From assembly GCF_963853765.1 (NCBI RefSeq), contig NC_088856.1, positions 34,658,001-34,722,000 of the forward strand: 64,000 bases of DNA, given 5' to 3'. Of the stretch, positions 1-11,678 are shown piece after piece. Position numbers and translations under genes: made by a program. Below the pieces are notes generated by a model, which was given only the letters and a program-made list of their open reading frames with translations, was not told where the DNA came from and searched no databases. Every line of letters begins with the position of its first letter. The first letter of the stretch is position 1. Origin of the DNA: Magallana gigas. Taxonomy: Eukaryota.

Positions 1-49
1 GACCTTGAACTTGAACCACAACCACATGTAGTATATAATAGCGAGCGCA

Positions 50-76
50 GCTCGCCGGCGCGCAGCGCCGGCGAGC
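50..76. repeat. GC-rich perfect hairpin (12-bp stem, 3-nt loop), probably part of a non-autonomous DNA element
   Basis: GCTCGCCGGCGC-GCA-GCGCCGGCGAGC in an otherwise AT-rich background; followed by GAGCGAAGCGAGC. Confidence 0.7.
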
Positions 77-738
77 GAAGCGAGCTCTAAGAACCAGTGT
101 GCGCGGGAAAAAGAACGAGCTAAACCTACAGTTCATCAAACAAAATTTTTTGTCTACGTCCCATAATGCTCTCTAATGTTTTCACCCGTGGTGCTATGCC
201 AAAAATGGCCGACTTTTAACTCGTAATTTACAGTGACTTAAAGTTTGAAGACACGTTTTGAGTACCGCATATGCTTTGGCGAGACTCAAAAGATTTGTTA
301 CATGCTTCCATACCTCCGTAATGGGTCGAGAAACGTAAACAAAGACGAACAAAGTTATGGATGACGTCACAGTGCACTCGCACTATAGTTCCCGCGATAA
401 ATTTAGAGGTGGATCAAACATCTGTAATGCTTGTACTAGCTATTTCAGTACAGACTGCGATACCTGCCTCATTGACGTATGATTTGTTTTTAATTTTTTT
501 TAATATAGAGATTTTATGTATATATATTAGCAAGAGCCATACTTTACTGTCATATCGATCCATTTTTAAGCTAATTGTGCATGAATGAGTAGGGAGGAAA
601 TAAACAATAGGACATTTTGAAATAAATCAAAAAGGAATAAAATAAAAAAATAAACAGTTAAAAAAATTATGTAGATATGGGATATAGTCAGACCATTAAA
701 TTTAAAAGTGGGAAATTACACACCTACAAACAGGTACC

Positions 739-741
<3 letters not shown>

Positions 742-779
<38 letters not shown>
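742..779. repeat. (CT)n microsatellite
   Basis: uninterrupted CT run. Confidence 0.95.
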
Positions 780-781
<2 letters not shown>

Positions 782-1104
782 GAAGTGGGTTGCGCTGTAT
801 GTATCATAACCATTAAAATTAGTACCTTTGGCATACTTATTGTAGAGCAATATACTCTCTCAAAAATTTTTGACGTTCGTTGATACCTAAATAAAACTAT
901 AAGTTGACAATGATGCAAGGTATGTGTACATATAATTCTTGCTGCGCTCGCCAGAACGGTAGCACCGTAAAACATATTAATTATGTATAATGACGGAAAG
1001 AGTTCCATGTCCTTAGTAATTAAAGTATGTCCCAAGTTATTGCTTCCATCACTTTTTGACGATTTTTAATAAAAATTCACATACCTGTGAAAGAAATACA
1101 GTTG

Positions 1105-1480
1105 AAATAGATAAAAGGGAATCTGTCCAAGATATCTTCATGGAACAATCATCATTTTTCACTAATAAAAGTTCACAGGAACGAAAACAAATTTCTTACG
1201 GAGATTTATAATGGAAAATGTTTACATCTTTTCTCCATTCGGAAGTACTCGGGATACCTCGTGCAATTGTTCAACGTTATCATCCGGGCTTCATGGCTGA
1301 TGCAATGCAAAATCCCCGTAGAAATTTTATTTTTGGCTGTGTATTGAAACCTGAAGCGGTAGATGGGACGTTTCAGAATAGATAATCTGGACATTTTTCA
1401 TATAATTAGTGGATGAACGTAGTTTGAGCACAAAGGTATTCAAGATTATCGAAATATCAAGCAAAAAGTGGTGGAAGCAA
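1105..1480 (+). repeat. dispersed repeat, diverged copy (other copy inverted at ~17,605-17,915)
   Basis: shares colinear blocks (GGAGATTTATAATGG, ATCCGGGCT, CAAAATCCCCGTAGA, TATCAAGCA) with the reverse complement of 17,605-17,915; termini not defined. Confidence 0.65.
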
Positions 1481-2449
1481 AAACTCGGGACAGAGTATAG
1501 AAAAATGACGGCATTTTGGAGAATTAAACTCAAGCGACCAAATAGACTATTAGAAACACATGACTATCGGAAACACATGACGGCACGATACGAAAAATTT
1601 CCTGTTTTATCTAAAGGGTAACGTTAAGTTCAAATTAATGAAAGAGCCACTGTAACAGCCTCGGGCATGAACTTTGATTTTCGCTTGTGACGTTGCATTT
1701 TACAGCGTTCAACGTCTGTGACGTCATAATAAAACTCTTTCATTGGCCAACGCTTTCCACATACTTTACATGCAAAAAAAAAGTGGAATGTAAATATTCG
1801 CAGATTAACGAGCAACTTTCGTTTACATTGGCAAAAATCAACCCACCTGACAACAGACGCTTTCACGGCCAAGTTCACCATTCGTTTCATGATTTGGATT
1901 TAAATATACATTACGTAATTTGGCATGCATAATGCTGCAAATATAAATATTGTATGTAATGCTAACTTAATACTAGGATTTTAATTTTTCAAATCGTTTT
2001 TGAATACATTTTATCATAATAGAAGATTTGAGTAATATCAAAAATATATAATACAGAAATAATGAACTTGTTTTACCAAGACCGCCATCTCTGGAATTTT
2101 TCATGTTCACAGAAAGACAGAGCAACAGGAAATGGGCCATCGACCAAGAGTCCTGGTGGTGCTTGTTGTGTGCCAGTTAGTGGTGACCCAGTTTTTGGTG
2201 GAGACCGACACTTCCGCTGTGGCGTCCTTAGTTACGGCAGCGTCCCTAGTACCCCTGATCACGTCTCTTTGTATATATATTTATATATAAATTTCATCTT
2301 AGCCTTTCCTGTTGTTAAATCAAAATAGTTATTTTTTATGTATATGGTATGGTAGTTTGTTTTTGGTTTTGCATATTGGTAGAACACAAACAAATAATTG
2401 TACGTAACTCATTACAATGAGGTGCCGTTGTAGTATTGATTGTCATTTA

Positions 2450-3445
2450 GTGATACCACTTATTCAAATATGTGATATCACCTATTCAGCGTTTAAATTC
2501 AGTGATAGCTCCTATTCAAATAGGTGACATCACCCATTAGCATTCAATTTGAATTGGTGATATCACGTATTCGAATATATGATACTAGTATCACCTCTTT
2601 AAAGTAAGTCTGAAATAATTAATGCCCCCTATAATGATGAGTTGTTGCCCATTATTCGTTATCATTTAAACACTAAAACTCTATATCTGTATTGTTTTCT
2701 CTAAATTATTTTATTTTTTAAAGAGAGTAGTTATGTTTGGTTAATATGTTTAAAACAAATAGCACACGAACACACTAAATTATCTAAGTTTTTATCATTT
2801 TATCTGTTACGCGAGTCAGAAGCGCAAAGTAAAAGATGGCGGCAAGGTCACACTTCATCTACTTGTGCTCAAATTGCAATGTACGTAGCACTACAGTTCA
2901 CCGTGTCAGGAGAGTCTTCAGTCAAATTGAACGATTCAAATCCATGTTGCAAACTTTTTAACAATCATTGTCACTATTTAAGAACACCAGGGATTACTGA
3001 ATCGTTCTTTGAATGTTATTTTAAATGGCATCCTTTGCCTTGGCGGTCGCCATATTTATTTTCAATCGAATGTCTAAATTCAGGGATTATTCATTATTTA
3101 TTAATGTAGTAATAAATGCAAATAGGTGATATCACCTATATGAACAGGTGATACCGGTATTGCAGATTAAATTCAAACCATAAAGGTGAAATCACCTTTT
3201 CGAATAGATGATATCACTATCAAATAAGGAAAAAGTGATATCATCTATTTAATTCAAATAGGTGATATAACCTATTTAAGAGGTGGTATCACCCTTTCAA
3301 AAAGGTGATATCACTTATTTTAATAAATTGATACCACCTTTTTGATTGAATTCGTGATATCACCTATTTGAAAAGGTGATGTCGCCTATTTGAAAATGTG
3401 ATATCACCTTTTTTAAAAAGTAGTATCACCTATTCGAAAAGGTGA
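2450..3445. repeat. two arrays of degenerate palindromic ~21-bp units (core AGGTGATATCACCT) flanking a ~500-bp unique spacer; probable non-autonomous transposon
   Basis: arrays at ~2,450-2,598 and ~3,121-3,445; perfect 18-bp palindrome ATAGGTGATATCACCTAT at 3,122-3,139, with many mutated copies. Confidence 0.75.
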
Positions 3446-3855
3446 GCTTCCTTAACGACAATAAATAATAAAACAGCGCCTCATACAAGTTTGACAATGA
3501 TACATGTAGTACGGTTTTCGAATACAATAAGACAGTTAGCAAAAATACAATTTATATAAAAGAACTCTATTTGAGATTAATCTAACAATTTTCTATATGT
3601 TGTAAAATATTGACATACAGTGAAAATTTATGTTTTAGAACATTTCATTTCAAGACAAAATGTTAAAGATTCTTCATTATTACGACCATTGCATTGTTTG
3701 CTATCTTCGTACCCGCATAAACAACAGAAATATCATTTTATTGTTTAAACAAACCATCTCTTACAAATACGTTATGACAGATCCATTGTACTGATTGTGA
3801 CATGTCGTCAGAATACCCCCACTGTTCTAAACACTCTGTTTGATGTCGTTTGCAG

Positions 3856-6800
3856 TCGATAATGAGGTGGATCCAGACCTTTCCAGGGCCGCTCTAGCGA
3901 CATGTGCCCTGTATGCCAGCCTGCAAAGACCAGGTAACTGTTAATACTATTTTGACACTTTTTCTGTTATCAAATAGAGCAAACTCTGGCAATATGTTCG
4001 AAATGTATTTCTATAGTGTTCTTCATTCAAGACATATAATATAGATAATCAGTATATCGTTTGCCCCTAAGACCATAAATATATACATTTAAAAGTATTT
4101 TTCCGTTTGACCGATACCTGACTGTATAGGTAAATTTGTGGTTTTAATAGCTACAGCCTCCTCCTGCCCCGCCACTACCTGTCCCAATGGGTGGGTACGG
4201 TACCAAACCTCTTGTTACCTGGTGGTAACCTACGAACTCCAAACCTGGTCTGGAGCACAGGTATTAAGTTTAATTGCGTTTTACAGAGAGGAAGCATTCA
4301 TTTTTTTAATTTTTTTTTGCAATTGTGTTAACATCCCAATTCTGAGCCTCATTAGTGTTTAAAACAATTCTTGTGTTAATGGTTAAAATCGATTACCTGC
4401 AGTGAACAGTGCGCTGTTTGACTAAGAGATGTACATGTTTATGCATATATGTACATTCACCCTTTTATTTTTAGGCAAAATGCGTCGCGGAAAATTCTGG
4501 TTTAGTCGAAATCGAAACAGAAGCGGAAAATAACTTCCTAAAGGATGTTGCCGCAAAGACCTTCTTAAATGGTGAGACAATAGGTTTATATTATATAAAT
4601 AGTGCCCGTTTGGCACCCCGAGAACACTATTGTCAACCGACGCGAAGCGGAGGTTGACAATGGTTTTCGAGGGGTGTCAATTTCAACTCTTACCCTCCTA
4701 AACGGGAACTGAATATTTTATTATACATTACTAAATGTCTTAATTTTAAAGAAAACTTTACTACTTATATATGAATGACGTGAATTCTTTGGCGAACCGT
4801 ACGCGCATAGTTTACGCGCATGTAACAATTCATTGTGTTACCCATTGCTAAGTGTGTTGCTAACGCTGAGGGTAATAGAACGGATTATAAACTGCGTCTA
4901 AACCAATCAGATTTCAGTTTTTAACATGAAGTATAATAAAACTTAATATTACAGCAAATCATTGAAGCAATCCAATTTTAATCGGAGATTTTATTTTAGC
5001 CCCAATCTTTGCCATTAACACCTCGTATAATCATGATTTTCCCCCCAAAGTTAAAATGTGCATCAAATTGTCTTCCATCCCTTATATTTTGTGTAATATA
5101 TACAAGAATTTGTAATAATTATTACTGATTTAATTTCAACTTTCATATTCAATGACTTATACAGTAAAACACGCTTATAACGAAGTCCCAGGGACGGCCA
5201 ATTTAACTTCGTTATAAGCGTAATTCGTTATATCCGTCAAGTTTACAACATGAAATAGAGACTTGGGGAATGAAATTCACTTCGCTGTAAGCGTCAATTC
5301 ATTATAAGCGTGTTCCTATAACCGTGTTTTACTGTATATCGATAATTGTGAAAAGTTCGAAAGGGGGTGGGGGTAATTAGAGTTAAAGCTTACCCCTGAT
5401 AATTCACTGAATACTGCTAATTATGTTTTCATGCATGTTCAAAGATGGATAAAAGAAACACCATTGAGTACTAGTTTTTAGAACGTCATTGATTTAAGGC
5501 AATGTATCAAAGAAACTGTATGCCTTACTTCTATGGTTTAGCCTCTTTGGTATTTTGGTTTTCATGCTTTAGACACAAAACTTTGTTGTTAAATTATAAT
5601 CAAAATTTTTATAGTACTTCGCTGCAATTGATATGTAATTGCAATTAGTGCACTGCAATTACTCATGAAAACACGAATACATGACTCTATCGTGACATGG
5701 ATTTTGTTATTGTAATTTCTAGAAAAATTGATATTTTCATTAAAAAAAGATTATTATACATATTCTTTATTTGCACAAGACATACAATAATAGATGAAGA
5801 GATTTAATACAATACTATTTCTTTTCAACCAGGTTTATGAAATTTATAATGCAAGAAAGGAGACAATATTTAAAAGTAGACCGATGTGCAAAAACGATAA
5901 AGAAGCGAGATGGCCGTGGCTCCATTACTTTAGTAAATCTGCAGATAGAAGAACTGTATAACCTTAAACAATACTAAATAATGATGAAGAAATAATTCTT
6001 TTAAAAATATTAACAGAATTAGAATTAGTTTACTCAGAGATGATGCCATCAAAGTTTTAGGATATATTATAGTTAGTTTATAGCCTTAAGATACGGTACA
6101 GGTGACTGGTTCAGCAATCTAGCCTTCTTTAATTACAGAAAAAAATATGGGTATAACATTAAATAGTTAAAGAAGTTGTTAGATTATGAACGTTCGACCA
6201 TATCAGAGTTAAAGAAAACTGTCAAGTACACGTTACCAGTTCTAGTCATGATATACTAGTAATCCAACATACAAAGAAAGAATAAGTAATTAGAATGAAG
6301 GGACCCATAGTACACATGCGTTTTTTACGTTGGCGTTCTGCATAGGGTACTTTCGTGAAGCTAAGCTGTCAAGTAGAGGATGTTTTATACTATTATAAGG
6401 TTTGGTGACGGTTAATTTATATCGTTAAGCGTTATGAACGAGTTCAAACCTTAACTTGGACATTGCTACGTCTCAGAAATGTATTGTTCATAGATGGGGA
6501 AACATCAAAACCCTGCCATAGATATTTATTGTATTTACATTTTGAACTAAGTGTCATCGCGAATTGCATTTTGATATCCTTACAGTGCTTTGTTGAGATA
6601 TGATTGAAACTTTTACACGATTTCAAATCCAATAACTGTACTCTAAAGTTGTTCTTTCCTGAGACTTCCCGGGTCATAGGGTTTCCACCATCCATGTTAT
6701 GCTATAATGAGCGCTAAAATAATATTTGTTAAAGTGTAATAAAGGATATAATTACATCTTATGGCATAGGTTATTACATATAAATAATAGCAATATTGAA

Positions 6801-9800
6801 ATAATGGTATGGTACATGCACATGTAAAGTACATTGATAATGTATATAAAATAAAATTTTACTAACAGGCGAAGAAACCAGAGAAATTTTTCTTAATTAT
6901 CATGAATATTGAAAGCTAGATGGAGATACTTCCCCAAATTACACAGTTCTTTAAAATTTTGAACACTTAATAATTGTATAAATTTGTATACAGAAGGTTT
7001 TTTCCAATAATATTTCTTAATATATTTTACTCGGATTTCTCTATACTGTTGACATTTCAAAACAAAATGGAATTCATCTTCAATATCTGAACAAAATTTA
7101 CATAAGCGTCTTTACATAAGCGTCTTTCTTTTGGTACATTAGTGTGTCGTCCACTTTCAATTGCAAGTCTATGAGATGACAATCTAATTCTTGTAATTTG
7201 TTTCTTATATGTAGAAGGTATTGATTTTGTTAAATAATATTGTAATGAAAACTGGTCAATAATATGCTTGTAAAAATAACATCGAGATGAGGATGATCGA
7301 ACTAATCTGTTCTACAAGTTGTTGAGTAAAGTGATCAATGATTCTTTGCTTAATTAAAGGAAAATAGGTTTCACAATGTATATACTCCTGTTCATACCAT
7401 ATATGTCCTAGACCTATTTCAAAAAGTTTATTCTTAATTACAGTAACCCAATTTTCAGCAGGTGTCAAAGACGATTCACACTCATTATACAGCATTTTGT
7501 AACAGGACTGCAAAATACAATTCTGACTTTGTAACAATTTGAACCAAAATTTGAATATTCTAAACATTCGTATAGTTTTCATAGGTAGCCTCCCAGTTTC
7601 AAAATATACAAGTGCAGTGTTTGTATTCTTCTTCACACTTAACACAAATTTAATATATTCTAAATGCACTTTTTCTATATCATTTGCAGCATGCATGCCC
7701 CATATCTCACAGCCATAATTTAATATACTAGCAATATAAGTATCAAAAATTGACAGCATTGTTTCTGTATTCAGATACAATTGACTTGTTTTTGACTTTA
7801 AAGAAAACATGGCTTTTCTCCCTTGGCTCGCCAACTGTTTCTGTGTATTGTTAAACTTTCCATTATATTGTAACAAAAGGCCCAGGTATATAAAGCTATC
7901 GACAACCTCAATTGGCTCGCCATTTAAATGCCACCTTTCACAATTGTGAATTTTACCACCATTTCTAAAAATTACAATTTTGGTTTTTTGTACATTTACA
8001 GTAAGATCCCAGACAGATGTATAAGAATACAATGTATTTAACATTTCTTGAAGCTCATGTGCAGTTTCGGAGAAAATTACCATGTCATCTGCATACATTA
8101 AAACAAAAAGATTTAACTCTTGAATTTGTATTGGTATGTTACCTTTGCACAAAAATTCCATTTCAAAATCATTCACATACTAGTATAATGAAAACAATAT
8201 TGGAGATAGCACTTCTCCCTGCAAAAGTCCTGTGTTATTTTTAAAAAACTCAGATAACTTTCCTGCTGAATTAACACATGATTTCATATTATTATACATA
8301 CTACGAATAAAATTCAACAATTTTCCTCTAATACCAACGTTAGACAATTTTCCCCATAATTTCAATCTTTCAACAGTGTCAAATGCTTTCTTAAAGTCAA
8401 CAAAACAACAATACGATCTTTTTTTCTTTCTTATTGACATATCAATAATATTTGAAAGGCTAAATATAGCCTCAGCTGTACCTCGTTTGGGTTGAAATCC
8501 AAACTGTGCATCAGTGATTACATCATTTGCGTTAGACCATGCTAACAATCTTTGATTCAAAATAGATGTGAATAATTTACAAAAGCAACTGACAAGACTA
8601 ATGCATCTATAATTATTGGGGTCTAATGCATCACCCTTTTTAAAAACTGGTATTATAATACACTGTGCCCACATATTAGGGAAAAAACCGGTAGACAATA
8701 TTCTATTGAATAATCTTAGTATAAATGGAACAAGATAATCTTTAAACTCAATGAAATATTCGTTAATTAACAAATCAGTACCATGTGATTTTTCTTTTTT
8801 TAAACGTTTGATAGCATCAACAATTTCTTTTTCTGTGATTGGACAGTCTAGTTCCTCAAAAATGGGATCAGCGTCTATACAATCTGTACTTTTTTCGGAC
8901 GCGTTCATGGCGTGCGCGATATTTTTAAAATGTTCATAAAATACACTTGGATTGATATTTGTCTGCTGCCTTTTTTTCCCTCGAAAATTTCGGTAGAAGG
9001 TTTTCGGGTTACTTTTACGTAGGTAGTCCAGCATGTTTCCCTCCGCTTGTTGATACTGACGTTTGAGCCTTGCTGTCAGGACTTTGTATTCTTTTTTCGA
9101 TCGTAATAGACATTCATGGGTTGCTTTTGTTTTGTTGCGATTGAAAAGAAACAGATCACGCCTGTACGTATTGTACTTTCTCTGAGCTTCGATTAATTAT
9201 AGGACAGTTTTGGACCGGTGGGAACGACATTGATGTTGAGGGTCAATGGCGCTGGGTGACGTCAGGAAACCCCTTCACATTCACGGACTGGGGGCCGGGA
9301 GAGCCCAATGACACGGGGGGAAACGAGGACTGTATGCTTCTCTTATCTAATACTGGCTACACATGGAACGATTTGCCATGTTCGACAAACTCACTCTACA
9401 TCTGCGAAAAACCGTAAGTTGTACAATATGTTGTAACTCTCAAATAATATTTGAAACTGTAAAATATGATTGCACAAAAGAACATTTAAAAATTTTGACA
9501 CAATAAATATTATAAATGGGCATATTTCTTTTAATTGTGGGAATTGCCAAATTGAATATCTTAACTGCAACTTTAATTTATGAAACAACATTAATATAAA
9601 GTCCATATTTACAAAAGACAAAGTCGTTTTCATTGGTAGGGGTCATTGTATTTTCTTGAATCTCCATAGGATAATGAGGACACCATCTTATGGTAGTTGT
9701 ATATTTATATATATATATAAGCTTATGTTAAAAGGAGATCAATAGACAAACTTGCACTCATGGTTAAACCGACAAAAACTATTTCTTCTTGCGTTCGCGT

Positions 9801-10767
9801 TCCCTGTTGTAAAATGGTATACTTTGACCTGTGAAATATTATAATTTACCACGTGATTTCTAACCCCATGTACATGTAACTGTGAATACAAGACTCCCGT
9901 AACGTGACGTGTTATGTTACACACATTCTGCTTGTCCATACCTATTTCAATTCATTCCAGTCGACTGATGGTTTCTCCAATATATCTTTAAGAGATTATC
10001 GGTTTCATGCGTTACTGATTATTAATAATCTACTTGTTAATTCTTTTCGAACACGTCAATTTTTGACATTAGCTACTGGTTGATATGTATAATGGATATA
10101 TGCCGAAAACAGTTCTGTATGAAAAAATATTAGAGAGTTTCGAGGCCCGTTAGGGCCGAGAACTGTCTGGTATTTTTTTTCATACAGAACTGTTTTTCGG
10201 CATATAATATCATACACTGCCATTGAATTTCATTGTTCATTTACCTGAGACAGTACTGTAACCACTAGTAACGGTCTGACATTAAGAAGCTCACTAGTCT
10301 AAAATTTTACACTGCTGGAACAAATAAATGACATCACAGCAGCGTTTCAACATGTAGAGTTAGAACACTGCTGTGATGTCATTTTACCTTAAAATTTTAC
10401 CTGTGACAGTCCGATAGTGACCAGAGTGATCCAAAAAGGACCCAAAATACGGCGTTAAGTGCAGCCATTTATTATTCTGTTTTATTTCTTAATCTAAGAA
10501 TGATAATTACCCACCATTCATGTACTTGTAATTGAAATATACACGTGTGTACTAATTCTAAAAATGCAGACCCCCCCCCCCCCAAAAAAAAAATCTTATT
10601 CCTTGTTACTGGTATCTGAAGCTGGTATTAAAAAATTGGAGATGAAGGACATTTTCCCTATTGAGTTATCATGAATTTTATCACACGTGATCACGTCCTT
10701 TAACACAGCCCAAATGTTTTACTTTTAAATAAGAACATTATATTTTTCTTATTCCAGTGCGACGTGA
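3856..10767 (+). CDS. C-type lectin domain protein (perlucin-like, EPN/WND type), 5'-incomplete model
   Basis: Exons 3856-3933, 4151-4260, 4475-4571, 9203-9413, 10758-10767 with GT-AG sites and matching phases (1,0,1,2). Translation ...CPNGWVRYQTSCYLVVTYELQTWSGAQAKCVAENSGLVEIETEAENNFL...FWTGGNDIDVEGQWRW...DWGPGEPNDTGGNEDC...WNDLPCSTNSLYICEKPAT*: six CTLD cysteines plus EPN and WND. AATAAA signals at ~10,813 and ~10,894. Start exon not identified; last micro-exon less certain. Confidence 0.88.
4590..4940. mobile_element. hairpin-bearing non-autonomous DNA element (Crypton-like by inference), copy A
   Basis: core stem ATTGTCAACC-13 nt-GGTTGACAAT (4,629-4,661); the ~230-bp tail is the reverse complement of 59,340-59,570; no TSD seen. 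Confidence 0.7.
5162..5334. mobile_element. Tc1/mariner-pogo-type MITE
   Basis: 12-bp TIRs CAGTAAAACACG / CGTGTTTTACTG with TA on both sides (TA TSD); 173 bp, non-coding. Confidence 0.85.
6893..9191 (-). mobile_element. 5'-truncated, disrupted non-LTR retrotransposon ORF2 (RT plus C-terminal Cys/His motif; RTE-X or CR1/L2 group)
   Basis: RT motifs NYRCISL, QFGF, FVDFKKAFDTV, GLLQGEVLSPILF and YADD in ORFs 8180-9034 and 7256-8176. These two ORFs are in the same frame, separated by TAG. After a frameshift near 7,290 comes RIRLSSHRLAIESGR...CKFC..DIEDEFHFVLKC..Y..IR, ending at a stop ~6,893. Open frame extends to ~9,191; no endonuclease domain; a possible 3' end with AATAAA lies near 5,765. Confidence 0.92.
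10097..10381. mobile_element. double-hairpin non-autonomous DNA element fragment
   Basis: ~32-bp inverted repeats 10,097-10,128 / 10,171-10,206 around GGCCC-GTTA-GGGCC; second inverted repeat AATGACATCACAGCAG / CTGCTGTGATGTCATT at 10,327-10,381. Confidence 0.6.
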
Positions 10768-11348
10768 AAGGTTTTAGTATCCGTGTTACCTTTGGTGGAA
10801 AGCATGAAATTTAAATAAAAATCAACTATTTTAGCAAATTTCTATTGTTACATTAAAGTTCTTTTTACAAGTATGTGACTTTTTTACTGGAAATAAAATA
10901 AAAATATTCAAATATTGGTGGGTTTTTTTTTCTTCACAAATATATAGAGAACTGTATATGTAGTTAAAATGGCTCGTCTAGGAGCAGCGCATTTTTTTTT
11001 CTTCAAATTTTGCGGTCGCTAGTTGCAACAGATAGCTTGAAAACGTTCTTTTTTTTTTATTACTGTCATAAATATCTCTCCAAAGTCGTCTAAGGTGGAT
11101 CAAGCTCTCCAAAGATGTATAATGAATCACTAGAAACTACAACTTCATACAAAGAAGGGGGGTACTACGTGTATATTTTAAATTTCGATCTAGAGTTTTG
11201 TTTGTTCATAGCTACATGATCTTTTCAAGTTTAAATCGCATTGTATTTGGAAAGTGAAAGATTAAAAGAAATGAATATGACCTTTTATCAATATTTGATT
11301 GGTTATTATATCAGTGTATTGGGATTTATTTATCAGATTATCCTTTAA

Positions 11349-11678
11349 AGCAATATGAGCTGCAATTTTCATGCTGAAATTTTTTTTTACGAAAAATGTT
11401 ATTTTCGAATAAAATGACAAAATATCATGGTTGATAAAGTTCTGTTAGCCATATTTTTATTGGAAAAGCCGTAAAGTAGCCTTAATTATTAAATTATTGT
11501 CGTCCTGTACAAAAATTGATCTGCTATATATTCCTTGGAAGAGAAATCTTTCTTCTGATGAAAATTAATGAGTATTTTAAACCTTTTTATCATGAGAGTT
11601 TAATTTACATGCACACTAATCATGACTAGCAGGTTTTTGCAGCAAAATTAAATTCTAAAAAATACAGCTCATATTGCT
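11349..11678. mobile_element. Kolobok-type non-autonomous DNA transposon (TTAA TSD)
   Basis: TTAA|AGCAATATGAGCTG ... CAGCTCATATTGCT|TTAA: 14-bp TIRs starting with AG, TTAA on both flanks; second copy at 63,883-64,000. Confidence 0.8.

Noticed and set aside
1625-1970. TTAA-flanked transposon with short TIR (TTAAGTT / AACTTAA)
   Set aside because: Only ~7 bp of an AT-rich match, compatible with chance.
2450-3445. CRISPR-like reading of the palindromic repeat arrays
   Set aside because: Units are degenerate and adjacent, with no constant-length unique spacers; no cas genes; the DNA is eukaryotic with spliceosomal introns.
5340-6892. Target-site duplication and exact 3' end of the LINE; short reading frame after the acceptor-like CAG at ~5,831
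   Set aside because: No direct repeat matching the 9,192 flank was found; the short frame stops quickly and has no recognisable motif.
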